Shown: positions 30,294-40,679, counted from the stretch's first letter. The stretch is DNA of 64,000 bases from Chitinophaga pinensis (GCA_945874665.1 CAMCHJ010000002.1:37937-101936); one strand, 5' to 3'. Notes: generated from the letters alone by a model not told the origin. Made by a program: numbers and translations.

Positions 30294-30372
30294 GGGGGAT
30301 TAGCTCAGCTGGCTAGAGCGTCCCGATAGGCATAGCCGTATCGGGAAGGTCATCGGTTCGACTGAGTGAAAC
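30294..30372 (+). pseudogene. Degenerate tRNA-Ala-like partial tandem duplicate (tRNA pseudogene or fragment).
   Basis: The first 27 nt (GGGGGATTAGCTCAGCTGGCTAGAGCG) and the variable loop plus T-arm 5' half (AGGTCATCGGTTCGACT) match the downstream tRNA-Ala. The anticodon arm is replaced by an aberrant 8-bp stem and 10-nt loop. The 3' T-stem strand and acceptor strand are missing. Confidence 0.6.
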
Positions 30373-30379
30373 AAAAAAA

Positions 30380-30456
<77 letters not shown>

Positions 30457-30460
30457 ACCG

Positions 30461-30495
30461 AAAGACTGCCCATAAGGCAGTCTTTCTTCGTTTAT
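30461..30495 (+). terminator. Rho-independent terminator after tRNA-Ala.
   Basis: An AAAGACTGCC stem with loop cataa and GGCAGTCTTT, followed by a CTTCGTTTAT T-rich tract. Confidence 0.7.
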
Positions 30496-30754
30496 GGATC
30501 AATTTTACGTCTATATTCTCTTCTCGGCCACCCTCAACCGCTACTACATCGGATACACAGGACAGCTCTCCGACCGCCTCTTTCGACACTCCAACTCCGG
30601 CTCAAAAAGCACAAAGGCCACAAATGACTGGGTATTGGCTTACTCTGAAACATAACCAACCCGTGGTGAGGCCATGAAACGAGAGAATTACATCAAAAAG
30701 CAAAAAAGCAGAAAATTCATCGAAGCTTTAATTCAAACGCAGCTTCCCACCTAA
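30494..30754 (+). pseudogene. Small GIY-YIG nuclease-family gene interrupted by an in-frame TAA.
   Basis: Translation gives MDQFYVYILFSATLNRYYIGYTGQLSDRLFRHSNSGSKSTKATNDWVLAYSET, a TAA at 30653-30655, then PTRGEAMKRENYIKKQKSRKFIEALIQTQLPT. The GIY-YIG consensus (YVYIL…YIGYT…R…H…) and the family's C-terminal KREKxIKK…FIEAL segment are both present and in the same frame. Confidence 0.6.
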
Positions 30755-31107
30755 TCTAAAAAAACATACTCCATCCTCGTGAATAAAGGGGGAAGCGCTC
30801 TAAAAAAAACGCATCAAACTTCCATTTTATTGGCAACAACCGATGGCTCACGGCTGTTATAAACACGCTTCCTTAATGACTTATTTAGCGTAAGTGGCTC
30901 TGGATGTTAATCGTTGTCAAAATGACAATGAACCTATGAATTGGTTAAAAAGAAGCGTTAACTTTACGAGCCTTTAAAAGATGGCTCATTTCGCTTTTAC
31001 CTCGATTGCTGCGGAATCAACGTATTATCCGTTGCTGAAAAGCTCGATATTAGCAAATGAAGCCCCTATGGGAGCTTAGAAACAACGAAATTTAAATTAA
31101 GAACAAC

Positions 31108-32475
31108 ATGCAAGGCGTTACTAATTACATTGAATCAAACAAACAACGGTTTCTCGACGAACTTTTTGAATTACTCCGGATTCCTTCCGTTTCAGCTAAC
31201 CCCGACTTCAAGGATGATGTTTTTGAAGCAGCTGCTTTCATCAAAATAAAATTAGAAGAAGCTGGCGCTGACGCGGTAGAAATTTGTCCGACCGACGGTT
31301 ACCCAATCGTTTACGGCCATAAAATCATAGACCCGAAGCTCCCAACCGTACTTGTTTACGGTCATTACGACGTTCAACCTGCCGATCCATACGAATTGTG
31401 GGATTCGCCTCCTTTTGAGCCGGTGATCAAAAACGGAAAAATTTATGCCCGCGGTGCCTGTGACGACAAAGGACAGATGTACATGCATTTGAAAGCCTTT
31501 GAGCTGATGATGCGTACCAAGCAGCTACCATGCAACGTTAAATTTATGATTGAAGGAGAAGAGGAAGTAGGCTCTTCGAACTTGGCTACCTTCGTGAAAA
31601 ACAACAAAGCGCGTTTGAAGGCCGATGTGGTGCTCATTTCTGATACATCGATGATTGCCAACGACACCCCAAGCATCGACGTGGGCTTACGTGGTTTAAG
31701 CTATTTAGAAGTAGAAGTAACCGGCCCTAACCGCGACCTCCACTCCGGAGTGTATGGCGGCGCGGTTGCGAATCCGATTAACATACTGGCAAAAATGATT
31801 GCCAGCATGCACGACGAAAACAACCACATCACCATTCCAGGCTTTTACGACAAAGTGCTAGAATTAACCAATACCGAACGTGCAGCACTCAATTTAGCGC
31901 CTTTCGACATAGAGGAGTTTAAGTCAGACCTCCACATTGCAGATGTATGGGGCGAAAAAGGCTACAATACCATCGAACGCACAGGAATTCGCCCTACACT
32001 CGACGTAAACGGCATTTGGGGTGGCTATACGGGAGAAGGCTCTAAAACTGTACTTCCAAGTAAAGCTTTTGCTAAAATCTCGATGCGTTTGGTACCTAAT
32101 CAAAGCTCAAACGAAATCACTACCCTCTTCAAAAACCACTTCGAAAGCATTGCACCTGCCGGCATCAAAGTGGTGGTAAAACCGCACCATGGCGGAGAGC
32201 CGGTGGTTACGCCAACAGACTCCCCCGCCTATTTGGCAGCAGCCAAGGCCATGGAAACTACCTTTGGCAAATCACCAATTCCAACTCGAGGCGGTGGCAG
32301 CATACCAATTGTGGCTTTATTTGAAAAGGAACTAGGTCTGAAGTCTGTTTTGATGGGTTTCGGCCTTGATTCAGACGCCTTGCACTCCCCAAATGAATCT
32401 TACGGTGTTTTCAATTACTACAAAGGCATCGAGACCATTCCGTATTTCTTTCATTATTTTAGCGAAGCGAATTAA
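31108..32475 (+). CDS. M20-family metallopeptidase (dipeptidase / ArgE-DapE-CPG2 superfamily).
   Basis: 455 aa with metal-binding motifs (VYGHYDVQPAD, GACDDKGQ, EGEEEVGS) and a dimerisation domain. Confidence 0.85.
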   Translation: MQGVTNYIESNKQRFLDELFELLRIPSVSANPDFKDDVFEAAAFIKIKLEEAGADAVEICPTDGYPIVYGHKIIDPKLPTVLVYGHYDVQPADPYELWDSPPFEPVIKNGKIYARGACDDKGQMYMHLKAFELMMRTKQLPCNVKFMIEGEEEVGSSNLATFVKNNKARLKADVVLISDTSMIANDTPSIDVGLRGLSYLEVEVTGPNRDLHSGVYGGAVANPINILAKMIASMHDENNHITIPGFYDKVLELTNTERAALNLAPFDIEEFKSDLHIADVWGEKGYNTIERTGIRPTLDVNGIWGGYTGEGSKTVLPSKAFAKISMRLVPNQSSNEITTLFKNHFESIAPAGIKVVVKPHHGGEPVVTPTDSPAYLAAAKAMETTFGKSPIPTRGGGSIPIVALFEKELGLKSVLMGFGLDSDALHSPNESYGVFNYYKGIETIPYFFHYFSEAN

Positions 32476-32504
32476 CTATATTCGTACTACTAAAACCGCG
32501 AATT

Positions 32505-32756
32505 ATGAAAAAATTAATTGGTCTATCCCTTATGAGTGTGGGCTTTATGCTGCTCACGAGCTGCAGTAAAGACTGGAACTGTAGATGCTCCGTTGTAGTA
32601 ACTGATCAAAATGGTGGAGAACTAAGTAGATCAAGTTCTGCCACCGTGATTAACGGCACAAAAGGCAAAGCCAGCGACGACTGTGAAACAGGCAATGCCC
32701 AATCTTCTGGTAACGGCTTCACCACAACAACTACTTGCGTACTCGAAGCACGCTAA
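32505..32756 (+). CDS. Small Cys-rich lipoprotein (hypothetical).
   Basis: Has a signal peptide and a lipobox (LLTSC). Four further Cys lie in a roughly 60-aa mature region (CRC…DDC…TTC). Its stop abuts the next gene's start. Confidence 0.5.
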   Translation: MKKLIGLSLMSVGFMLLTSCSKDWNCRCSVVVTDQNGGELSRSSSATVINGTKGKASDDCETGNAQSSGNGFTTTTTCVLEAR

Positions 32757-33689
32757 TTGAAATCATTGAATACAAAAATGCTCCTTTACGTAGCGCTGCG
32801 GCTTTTGCTCAGCGCTACTTTTTTGCTCTCTGCTTACACGAAAGCCATAGACTTTAGCAGTTTTGAGCTCAGGTTGCTCGATACACAGCTCATTGGTTGG
32901 CTAATCGCCCCATATCTCGCTGCTGCTTTTATTTTTGCCGAGTACCTCATTGGCTTCTATTTTTTGAGCTTCTTCTTCAAAAACAAGGCATTCAATCACC
33001 TTACAGCAGGCTTCCTAATGGCATTCACCATTTACCTATTAGCGCTTTTAGCCACCAAAGGTAACGATGTAAATTGCGGCTGCATGGGCGAGAGCATTGC
33101 CTTCACCCCTTGGCAAGCGATTGTTAAAAACCTGCTTTCCCTAGGCATTTTGGTTTTGGTTTACATATTCGAGCAAGGACCCTTGTTACTTATTGAAAAG
33201 AAGGGCTGGTATAGCTTGTTCATAGCCGGTTTGGCAATAGGCACCACCTCATTTACCTTACCTCCTGTCGGTTCAAGTCCTGCCCCACTCCAACAACCCC
33301 AGTACTTTAATCGTAGTCTTTTAGAGCAAGAGGGTTACTTCCCATCCATCACCTATCCCTTTGAGCAAAAGGAAGACTATTTAATTGGCTTTTTGAGTAT
33401 GAGTTGCAGTCACTGCCGCATCGCTGCTGAACGACTCGGACACATTCAAAACAGCTATCCCGACATGAACATTTTTTTGGTGCTCAATGGCGACAGTACA
33501 GCCGTAGCCTCATACCGCAATGAACAAGGCATTCAAAATATTCCGTACACCTTGCTAGGTGCTGCTCCCTTTATGGAGCTTGCTGGCAACTCGGTACCTG
33601 TACTTTATATTGTAAAAAACGACAGCATCCGTTATCTGCCAAACTTATTTCAACTCAACGGCAGCACGATCGATAAGCTCTTACCTTAA
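32757..33689 (+). CDS. Polytopic membrane protein (DoxX/MauE-like N-terminal half) fused to a C-terminal thioredoxin-like CxxC domain.
   Basis: The N-terminal half has about four to five TM helices and an NCGCMGE motif. The C-terminal roughly 130 aa has a CSHC motif in a thioredoxin-like context. The family assignment is tentative. Confidence 0.5.
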   Translation: MKSLNTKMLLYVALRLLLSATFLLSAYTKAIDFSSFELRLLDTQLIGWLIAPYLAAAFIFAEYLIGFYFLSFFFKNKAFNHLTAGFLMAFTIYLLALLATKGNDVNCGCMGESIAFTPWQAIVKNLLSLGILVLVYIFEQGPLLLIEKKGWYSLFIAGLAIGTTSFTLPPVGSSPAPLQQPQYFNRSLLEQEGYFPSITYPFEQKEDYLIGFLSMSCSHCRIAAERLGHIQNSYPDMNIFLVLNGDSTAVASYRNEQGIQNIPYTLLGAAPFMELAGNSVPVLYIVKNDSIRYLPNLFQLNGSTIDKLLP

Positions 33690-33723
33690 ACAGTATAAAG
33701 CGGCATGTGCTAACTCCTGCACT

Positions 33724-34284
33724 TCAAGGCATAAAACGAATGTGTTGCCGGTAGCTATTACTTGGCTGCCACCGTAATTTATTCATCCCCTCAATCAAAA
33801 TGCTATCGCCCTTAGCATACCGCAGGCTTTGTGCCGACTCATAGAACATATTATCCGCCTTGTTATCGATCTGCACCCCTTTTAGCGAACCATCTTCACG
33901 ACTGTAAATCAAGCGCAGCAACTGCGGCCTGCGACTGGCCATTTGAGCCGTCCAGCTGCACATGCTATCGGTGCCGCTCACATGCGTTTTCAGCACATAT
34001 CCACTTTGCATGGCTTCTTCGGGTACTGCAGCATCCAAAAAAATAGAATAAACACTTTCCCACGCAACAAAATTGGTATCCACTTGCTCTTGAGCACCAA
34101 GCGCTTCATTTTGTAGCCGCACTAAGGGCTGTTGCTGCGCCAAAAGTTGGCCTTCAACCTGCATGGCTTGGGCCCACTCTGGCAGCGGACGCGCTGTTTC
34201 AACATTTTTACTACAACCAGAGCTCAAAAACATGCTCATTACCAGCACCCAAGCACATCTGTGCATAAATAATTTCATTTTCAA
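33724..34284 (-). CDS. Hypothetical lipoprotein.
   Basis: Has a signal peptide and a lipobox (LSSGCS). No recognisable domain. Confidence 0.55.
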   Translation of the reverse strand: MKMKLFMHRCAWVLVMSMFLSSGCSKNVETARPLPEWAQAMQVEGQLLAQQQPLVRLQNEALGAQEQVDTNFVAWESVYSIFLDAAVPEEAMQSGYVLKTHVSGTDSMCSWTAQMASRRPQLLRLIYSREDGSLKGVQIDNKADNMFYESAQSLRYAKGDSILIEGMNKLRWQPSNSYRQHIRFMP

Positions 34285-34385
34285 AGTTGCAAAATCTCTG
34301 GTTCACTTTGGACTCTCAAAAACTTAATTAATTTTGTACTGGTGCTTTGGCATCATTTATGGTAAATTTCTGGAAATTCACTCTT

Positions 34386-34790
34386 ATGAAAATCTTCCTC
34401 AGTTTCGTACTTACGCTGTTTTTAGCGGTAGCTCAAGCGCAGCCTGACCCTAAAGCCGATGCTAAAACCGATGTTATCGAGGAAATTTCGAACCACATCA
34501 AAGCTGGTGAAGTAAAAGAGCTCTCTGCTTTTTTTGACGTAACGGTAGAATTAACCATTCAAGAGCGCGAAAACTCTTATAGCAAGGCCCAAGCTGAAAT
34601 CATCCTCAAAAACTTTTTCAATAAATACCCAGCCAAAAGCTTCAAGGTAATGCATCGCGGTTCCTCCGAAAAAGGCGGTAAATACCTCATCGGTTTGTTC
34701 GTCAGCGAAAACGACACCGATTTCCGTACCAGCATCGTTTTGCTCGAAAAGAATGGCCATTATTACATACAGCAGCTGCGATTTGAGTAA
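34386..34790 (+). CDS. Secreted DUF4783-like protein.
   Basis: Has a signal peptide from the internal Met (MKIFLSFVLTLFLAVAQAQ). The small beta-rich domain is common in Bacteroidota. The family assignment is from memory. Confidence 0.5.
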   Translation: MKIFLSFVLTLFLAVAQAQPDPKADAKTDVIEEISNHIKAGEVKELSAFFDVTVELTIQERENSYSKAQAEIILKNFFNKYPAKSFKVMHRGSSEKGGKYLIGLFVSENDTDFRTSIVLLEKNGHYYIQQLRFE

Positions 34791-34799
34791 ATTTGCAGG

Positions 34800-35633
34800 A
34801 TGGATTTAAATACATTCATCCGTTTAGCACTAGCTGAAGACCTGGGCAGCGGCGACCATACCAGTTTGGCCTGCATACCCGCCACCGCTCAAAGCCAAGC
34901 GAAACTCCTTGTTAAAGACACTGGCATCATCGCTGGCATCCAAATCGCCGAGGCCATTTACGCTGCGTACAATCCCCATTTAAAGCTCGACTTGCGCTTG
35001 CAAGATGGCCAAGACGTAAAACCTGACGACATTGCTTTTTACTTGTCAGGCAGCGCACGAGACATACTGGCTGTTGAGCGTTTAAGCCTCAACATCATGC
35101 AGATGATGAGTGGCATTGCCACTGCCACTGCACAAGTAGTACAGGCGTTAGCAGGCACCAAATGCCGTGTGCTCGACACGCGCAAAACCACCCCACTCAA
35201 TCGCTTCTTGCAAAAAGAAGCTGTGAAGCTTGGCGGAGGCACCAACCACCGCATTGGTTTGTACGATATGGTGATGATTAAAGACAATCACGTTGACTAC
35301 GCAGGCGGCATTGAAGCAGCCATCAGTGCTACCAAAAGTTATTTAGTAGCACAGCAGCTTGATCTCCAAATAGAAATCGAAACCCGCAATCTACAGGAAC
35401 TCGAAGAGGTACTGCGCATGGGCGGGGTGCACCGCATTATGCTCGATAATTACAGCTTTGAAGACCTGCGAACAGCGGTGGCCCGCATTGATGGGCAATA
35501 CGAAACCGAGGCTTCTGGTGGCATCAGCGTGGCCAATGCGCGGGCATATGCTGATTGTGGCGTTGACTTCATCTCCATCGGCGCCCTCACCCACACCGTT
35601 AAAAACTTTGACCTGAGTTTAAAAGCCTGTTGA
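34800..35633 (+). CDS. nadC: Nicotinate-nucleotide pyrophosphorylase (carboxylating) / quinolinate phosphoribosyltransferase.
   Basis: 277 aa with the N-terminal [10 protein letters not shown] motif and a TIM-barrel region (DTRKTTP, IMLDN). Confidence 0.9.
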   Translation: MDLNTFIRLALAEDLGSGDHTSLACIPATAQSQAKLLVKDTGIIAGIQIAEAIYAAYNPHLKLDLRLQDGQDVKPDDIAFYLSGSARDILAVERLSLNIMQMMSGIATATAQVVQALAGTKCRVLDTRKTTPLNRFLQKEAVKLGGGTNHRIGLYDMVMIKDNHVDYAGGIEAAISATKSYLVAQQLDLQIEIETRNLQELEEVLRMGGVHRIMLDNYSFEDLRTAVARIDGQYETEASGGISVANARAYADCGVDFISIGALTHTVKNFDLSLKAC

Positions 35634-35634
35634 T

Positions 35635-35979
35635 ATGTCAAAAAAGAACAAAGGCCTGCAAGGCGTGGTGTACTCGACCGACAGCAGTTTTTCGTACGAC
35701 TATGAAAACGAGGCCGAAGCCGAAACCCTGCCACCATCCCAGCAAAACCTGCGGGTGATGATCGACCGCAAGAACCGCGGTGGCAAAGAAGCCACCCTCA
35801 TTACCGGCTTTGTAGGCACCGACGCCGATTTACAAAGCCTGGGCAAAACCCTCAAATCAAAATGCGGTGTAGGCGGCTCAGCCAAAGCCGGTGAAATCAT
35901 TATCCAAGGAGCCTTTGCCGACAAAATCGTACAAATGCTTCTACAAATGGGCTACAAAGCAAAAAGAGCTGGGGGTTAA
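35635..35979 (+). CDS. yciH: SUI1/YciH-family translation initiation factor.
   Basis: 114 aa with SUI1-domain hallmarks ([14 protein letters not shown]…GVGGS…IQG). Confidence 0.8.
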   Translation: MSKKNKGLQGVVYSTDSSFSYDYENEAEAETLPPSQQNLRVMIDRKNRGGKEATLITGFVGTDADLQSLGKTLKSKCGVGGSAKAGEIIIQGAFADKIVQMLLQMGYKAKRAGG

Positions 35980-35993
35980 ACAGCTCTTTTTTC
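35964..35993. terminator. Rho-independent terminator shared by the convergent SUI1 and parE genes.
   Basis: An AAGAGCTG stem with a 9-nt loop and CAGCTCTT, followed by TTTTTTCG. The stem overlaps the SUI1 stop. Confidence 0.65.
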
Positions 35994-36161
35994 GTGCTTT
36001 CCAGTAATTCGACACCGAGATGGTCAAATCATAGGGTTTGTAAACCAAATTGAGTTGGTGCCAACAGGCATGTATTCGCCTTTTTCTAATTGGATGTATG
36101 CCGGCTTTCCCGCAAAAACTGGAGGCCAATCATCACGAGGACACGCAACATGTCGGGACTT

Positions 36162-38042
36162 TTAAAGTTCTTCAATAACGTCTGCTACCTCTGGTTCGGT
36201 ATCAAACAAGTCTTTTTCGATCCGTAAATTATCGATGATGAAAGCCTGTCGATCGGGCGTGTTTTTGCCCATGTAGTACTCCAGCAATTTAGGGATGGTG
36301 GTGTCTTTACGTAAAATGATAGGCTCGAGACGCATATCGGGACCGATAAACTGCTCGAATTCGTCTGGACTGATTTCGCCCAAGCCCTTAAATCGCGTAA
36401 TTTCGGCCTTTTTTCCAATTTTTTGGATGGCCACCTGCCGCTCTTCGTCGCTGTAGCAGTAAAAAGTCTCTTGGCGGTTTCTTACCCTGAAAAGTGGTGT
36501 CTCCAAAATATATAAATGACCATTTTTAACCAAATCAGGGAAAAATTGCAAAAAGAAGGTCATCATCAGCAAACGAATGTGCATGCCGTCAACGTCGGCA
36601 TCGGTAGCGATTACAATTTTATTATAACGCAAGCCTTCCAAGCCATCCTCAATGTTGAGCGCGTGCTGCAACAAGTTAAACTCCTCGTTTTCATACACCA
36701 CCTTCTTTTTAAGGCCATAGCAGTTGAGGGGCTTGCCTCGAAGACTAAAAACAGCTTGCGTTTCTACCTGCCGCGCCTTGGTAATGCTGCCCGAAGCAGA
36801 ATCACCTTCGGTTATAAACAAAGTGGAGTCGTAGCGCTTTTCATTTTGCCCTTCGTTAAAGTGAAAACGGCAGTCGCGCAGCTTCTTATTGTGTAAATTA
36901 GCCTTTTTAGCGCGCTCGTTAGCCAGTTTTTTAATGCCAGCCATGTCTTTGCGCTCCCGCTCGCTCTGCGTAATGCGCTTGAGCAGGGCGTCTGCCACAT
37001 CAGGGTGCTTGTGAAGGTAGTCGTCGAGCTCCTTTTTCACAAAGTCGTTCACGAATACTCGCAGCGACTGCCCTTCTGGCGCCATGTTTTGCGAGCCGAG
37101 CTTGGTTTTGGTTTGCGATTCAAATACAGGTTCTTGTACCCGCAAGCTCACCGCACCTACAATCGAAGCCCGCACATCACTGGCTTCAAAGTCCTTTTTA
37201 TAAAACTCCCGAATGGTTTTTACGATGGCCTCCCTAAAAGCAGCCAAGTGCGTACCTCCTTGCGTGGTATACTGTCCGTTTACAAACGAATAATATTCCT
37301 CTCCATATTGGTCTTCATGGGTAAAAGCAATTTCAATGTCGTTGCCCTTGAGGTGAATAATGGGGTAGCGAACGGCCTCTGGATTGGCTTTGCGCTGCAA
37401 CAGATCAAGTAATCCATCTTTAGAGAAGTATTTATTACCGTTTACATTGAGCGTAAGGCCAGCATTTAAAAAGGCGTAATTCCAAATTTGCTCCTCAATG
37501 TATTCAGGAATGAAGCGGTAGTTGCGGAAAATGCTCTCATCGGGCACAAAGGTAATCAGGGTGCCATTGCGATCGGTTGAAGGCTCTTCTCCAGACTCCT
37601 GCACCAAAATGCCTTGTTCAAATTCTGCTATTTTCGTTTTGCCGTCACGCACACTCTGCACCTTAAACATTTTGCTGAGGGCGTTTACCGCTTTGGTACC
37701 TACGCCATTGAGGCCCACCGATTTGGTGAAGGCTCCAGAGTCGTATTTACCGCCTGTATTGATTTTTGATACGCAGTCTACCACTTTACCCAAAGGAATA
37801 CCACGGCCGTAATCGCGTACCGTCACTTTATGATCTGATATTTTAACCTCAATCGATCGGCCGTTACCCATCACATATTCATCGATGCTGTTATCGATGA
37901 TCTCTTTGATGAGTACATAAATGCCATCGTCGTAGGCCGAACCGTCGCCGAGCTTACCGATGTACATGCCTGGGCGCAAACGGATGTGTTCGCGCCAGTC
38001 TAGCGACTTAATGCTGTCTTCGTTATAATTTACCTCTGCCAC
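36162..38042 (-). CDS. parE: DNA topoisomerase IV subunit B (type IIA topoisomerase B subunit).
   Basis: 626 aa with a GHKL ATPase (DNSIDE, GRGIP, GLNGVG), a transducer, a TOPRIM (EGDSA) and a C-terminal tail. It is shorter than a typical GyrB and lacks its insertion. Confidence 0.85.
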   Translation of the reverse strand: MAEVNYNEDSIKSLDWREHIRLRPGMYIGKLGDGSAYDDGIYVLIKEIIDNSIDEYVMGNGRSIEVKISDHKVTVRDYGRGIPLGKVVDCVSKINTGGKYDSGAFTKSVGLNGVGTKAVNALSKMFKVQSVRDGKTKIAEFEQGILVQESGEEPSTDRNGTLITFVPDESIFRNYRFIPEYIEEQIWNYAFLNAGLTLNVNGNKYFSKDGLLDLLQRKANPEAVRYPIIHLKGNDIEIAFTHEDQYGEEYYSFVNGQYTTQGGTHLAAFREAIVKTIREFYKKDFEASDVRASIVGAVSLRVQEPVFESQTKTKLGSQNMAPEGQSLRVFVNDFVKKELDDYLHKHPDVADALLKRITQSERERKDMAGIKKLANERAKKANLHNKKLRDCRFHFNEGQNEKRYDSTLFITEGDSASGSITKARQVETQAVFSLRGKPLNCYGLKKKVVYENEEFNLLQHALNIEDGLEGLRYNKIVIATDADVDGMHIRLLMMTFFLQFFPDLVKNGHLYILETPLFRVRNRQETFYCYSDEERQVAIQKIGKKAEITRFKGLGEISPDEFEQFIGPDMRLEPIILRKDTTIPKLLEYYMGKNTPDRQAFIIDNLRIEKDLFDTEPEVADVIEEL

Positions 38043-38104
38043 TTGCTATACTTTGCTACGAATCTACCACCTTAAAACGAAAGCTTATCCTGAAAATTTC
38101 AACA

Positions 38105-38137
38105 AAAAACCCCGCACGAGGCGGGGCTTTCTTTATA
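38105..38137 (-). terminator. Rho-independent terminator downstream of the Omp28-like gene at 38149-39003.
   Basis: An AACCCCGC stem with loop acga and GGCGGGGCTTT. Read on the minus strand it gives the hairpin followed by TTTTTT. Confidence 0.75.
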
Positions 38138-38148
38138 AGTTAAACAAC

Positions 38149-39003
38149 TTAGTTTGTTCTGGCTGAATTCACATATTCAATTGGACGGAAAGTTGAAGGA
38201 TTCAATTTGTTCAACACCACATAGGCGTAGGAACTGTTCAAATTCATTGCTGGCGAAAAAGCCGCATTTCTAACAAACCCAAAGCGTGCTTCTTGCTCGT
38301 AATTTGCAGGATAGGCAGCCGCTGTGAAGGCGTCGTTAAGGGTATGGCCCCATACACCTACCGGAGATTTGCCAGGGATAAAGGCGCTACCACGGTATAC
38401 AAATTTATGTGTGTAAGGACTTGGGGTAATGCCTGCTTGATCAGCAACCAAGCCATCCTCTACTACAAATACCGACCAAGCATAAATACCGGAAGGCAAG
38501 CTTTCAAAGGCCTTCATTTTGACCCGTAAAATCAACGAATCACCTTTTACTTCTTTGGCGATGGCCATACCTACTTTTGCTTGTGCATCTGGCGTTTGCA
38601 GCATTAGGTTGATATTGTCGCGCCAGGCAGCTGAAGACTGATGAAAGGTAGCACCTGCACCAAATCCAGGAATACCGATGGAACTGGTTGGATAGTACGA
38701 CTGCGCTAATTGATTGTTAAGATCACTTACCGTGAATTCATCGTTGAATCCAACTTTAATGATATGCAGCTTAGTACCATGGGCTGTTGCAGCGCTTGTA
38801 ATGGCAGGAATACCATTTGCACCACATGGCCCGCACCATGTACCACTGAAATTAATGCCAAATGCGTTTTGCTCTCGTTTGATAGCCAACGGATCAACAG
38901 GTGGCTGATTGCTTGGATCGTTTGGATCAATTGTTTCTTTTGTGCAACTGAAGGCAACAACTCCTACGAGGAGCACGAGGAATAACTTTCTCATTTTCAA
39001 CAT
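38149..39003 (-). CDS. Omp28-like outer-membrane lipoprotein with a thioredoxin-type CxxC motif.
   Basis: Has a lipobox (AFSC) and an FSGTWCGPCG motif. It is paralogous to the gene at 40680-41546, with similar length, motif position and C-terminal HKFVYRG versus HKHVLRK. Confidence 0.55.
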   Translation of the reverse strand: MLKMRKLFLVLLVGVVAFSCTKETIDPNDPSNQPPVDPLAIKREQNAFGINFSGTWCGPCGANGIPAITSAATAHGTKLHIIKVGFNDEFTVSDLNNQLAQSYYPTSSIGIPGFGAGATFHQSSAAWRDNINLMLQTPDAQAKVGMAIAKEVKGDSLILRVKMKAFESLPSGIYAWSVFVVEDGLVADQAGITPSPYTHKFVYRGSAFIPGKSPVGVWGHTLNDAFTAAAYPANYEQEARFGFVRNAAFSPAMNLNSSYAYVVLNKLNPSTFRPIEYVNSARTN

Positions 39004-39438
39004 GTTTTAGAAAAGCTAAGTTAAGCGAATTTCAATTACACGCAACCTTTATCTGAAATTTGCATAGAGTTCAGCAGCAGTCCTCTGATTTCCAACACAA
39101 TAACGCCCTTGATACCCTAATTATTGGCGTACATCGAGGTCGTCGTTGGTATGTATTCCTATTCAATGCTATACCCCTTCACATACGGCACTAGCAAAAA
39201 TTAAGTGCCCCAAGACTGCTTCTCTTGATACAAATTGATCTAACCTTTCAGGCCGTGGAGCTACGGCCACACATAAGGTGGTTTGACCACCGCATCTTGT
39301 ATACAAACGGAGAATAGCTAACCCTATAACAGCTTTAATCGTGCAGGCAGGATGGGAAATGGAATAAATCAACTTCAGGCTTTCAAGTAAAAGCAAGCGA
39401 TTAGCCACCGTATTGGCATGTGAAATTCGTTACCGCCG

Positions 39439-40677
39439 TTAATTGATCAGGAGGCGAACGTAGAACATCGGACTGCGCATTTGATCGCGCATGCTGATGT
39501 CGTCGAACATGCAACTAATGGTGTCGCGTAAGGTTTTGTTTTTGAGCGACTTATTGACCACGAAGTTAAATAACCATGGAAAATTTGTTAGCCACTGGAG
39601 GGTGCGGCCAATCTTTAATTCATCCCACAGATCATTGTACACGGCTTTGTCGTACTGCAAATTCCAGGCTGCATCAAATTGCTGCTCCTGCAAGCTCCGT
39701 TCGATGTGTTCGGCTGTAAACATGCCCATTTTCATCGCATTTCCAATGCCTTCGCCAGTAAAAGGATCGATGAGGGAACCAGCATCGCCGGTCAACAAAA
39801 AATGATCGCCCGACAAAGGCCATTTTTTACTTCCCAAAGGCAAACCCCAGCCCAGCATGGGTGAAACTGCTTTAGCGTGCTTAAAGCGCTCCGCAAGTGC
39901 AGGCACTTTTGCTATCGCTTCATCCAAAGCTTTGTTCAAATTCACCTTGTTTTTGCTGATTTTACCACTCGCCATGCCCACGCCAACATTAAATTGGCCA
40001 TTAGGCAAAGGAAAAATCCATAAATAACCCGGCAATACTTCCTTTAAAAAATGTAATTCAATGTAATTGCCTTCTTTGCAACCTGTAATGCCAGTATAAT
40101 ACCCCCGTACGGCAGCGCAATAATGGTCTTTATCTTTTTTAAAGCCTGCCAGCTTTTTAGCAACCTGCGAGCGTTCTCCTTCCGCCCCTACTAAAATAGT
40201 GGTTTGGACTTGATGGATGGCACCATTGTACCGCAGTTGACAGCTGTAGCCCTCCGCATTTTTCTCAAAACTCACCAGCTCGCAAGCTTGCAGTAGTCTG
40301 CCTGGCTTAAGTTTGTCGACCAAAAAATTATCAAATACAATACGTTTGCTGATAAACCCGGCAGCTGACAAATGGCCATTTACCCGGGTGCGAAAAGGGA
40401 TTTCTAGCGCTTTACCGTTGGGTGCAATAAAACTGATGCCATAGCAGGGCATAAACGAAGCAGTATCCGTCTCGATCTCCGCCAATAAATCCATATCGAG
40501 TTTACCAACAATATCTACAACCTTGCCGCTTAAGGCATCGCCACAAATTTTATCACGCGGAAAAGTAGCTTTATCAATGATCAAATGGTCGATGCCCTTT
40601 TTTTCTAAGAAGAGGGAGGTGGTGGCGCCAGCTGGACCAGCACCCACAATTAACACATTGACCTTAGCGGGGAGCAT
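39439..40677 (-). CDS. Geranylgeranyl-reductase-family FAD-dependent oxidoreductase.
   Basis: Has an N-terminal Rossmann motif (VLIVGAGPAGA) and a GGR-family motif (DKICGDALS). It is 412 aa. Confidence 0.8.
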   Translation of the reverse strand: MLPAKVNVLIVGAGPAGATTSLFLEKKGIDHLIIDKATFPRDKICGDALSGKVVDIVGKLDMDLLAEIETDTASFMPCYGISFIAPNGKALEIPFRTRVNGHLSAAGFISKRIVFDNFLVDKLKPGRLLQACELVSFEKNAEGYSCQLRYNGAIHQVQTTILVGAEGERSQVAKKLAGFKKDKDHYCAAVRGYYTGITGCKEGNYIELHFLKEVLPGYLWIFPLPNGQFNVGVGMASGKISKNKVNLNKALDEAIAKVPALAERFKHAKAVSPMLGWGLPLGSKKWPLSGDHFLLTGDAGSLIDPFTGEGIGNAMKMGMFTAEHIERSLQEQQFDAAWNLQYDKAVYNDLWDELKIGRTLQWLTNFPWLFNFVVNKSLKNKTLRDTISCMFDDISMRDQMRSPMFYVRLLIN

Positions 40678-40679
40678 GC

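Noticed and set aside
39169-39408. 79-aa ORF in the 435-bp gap between the Omp28-like and GGR genes.
   Set aside because: No signal peptide, no domain, unusual composition and no RBS context. The gap is better treated as non-coding.
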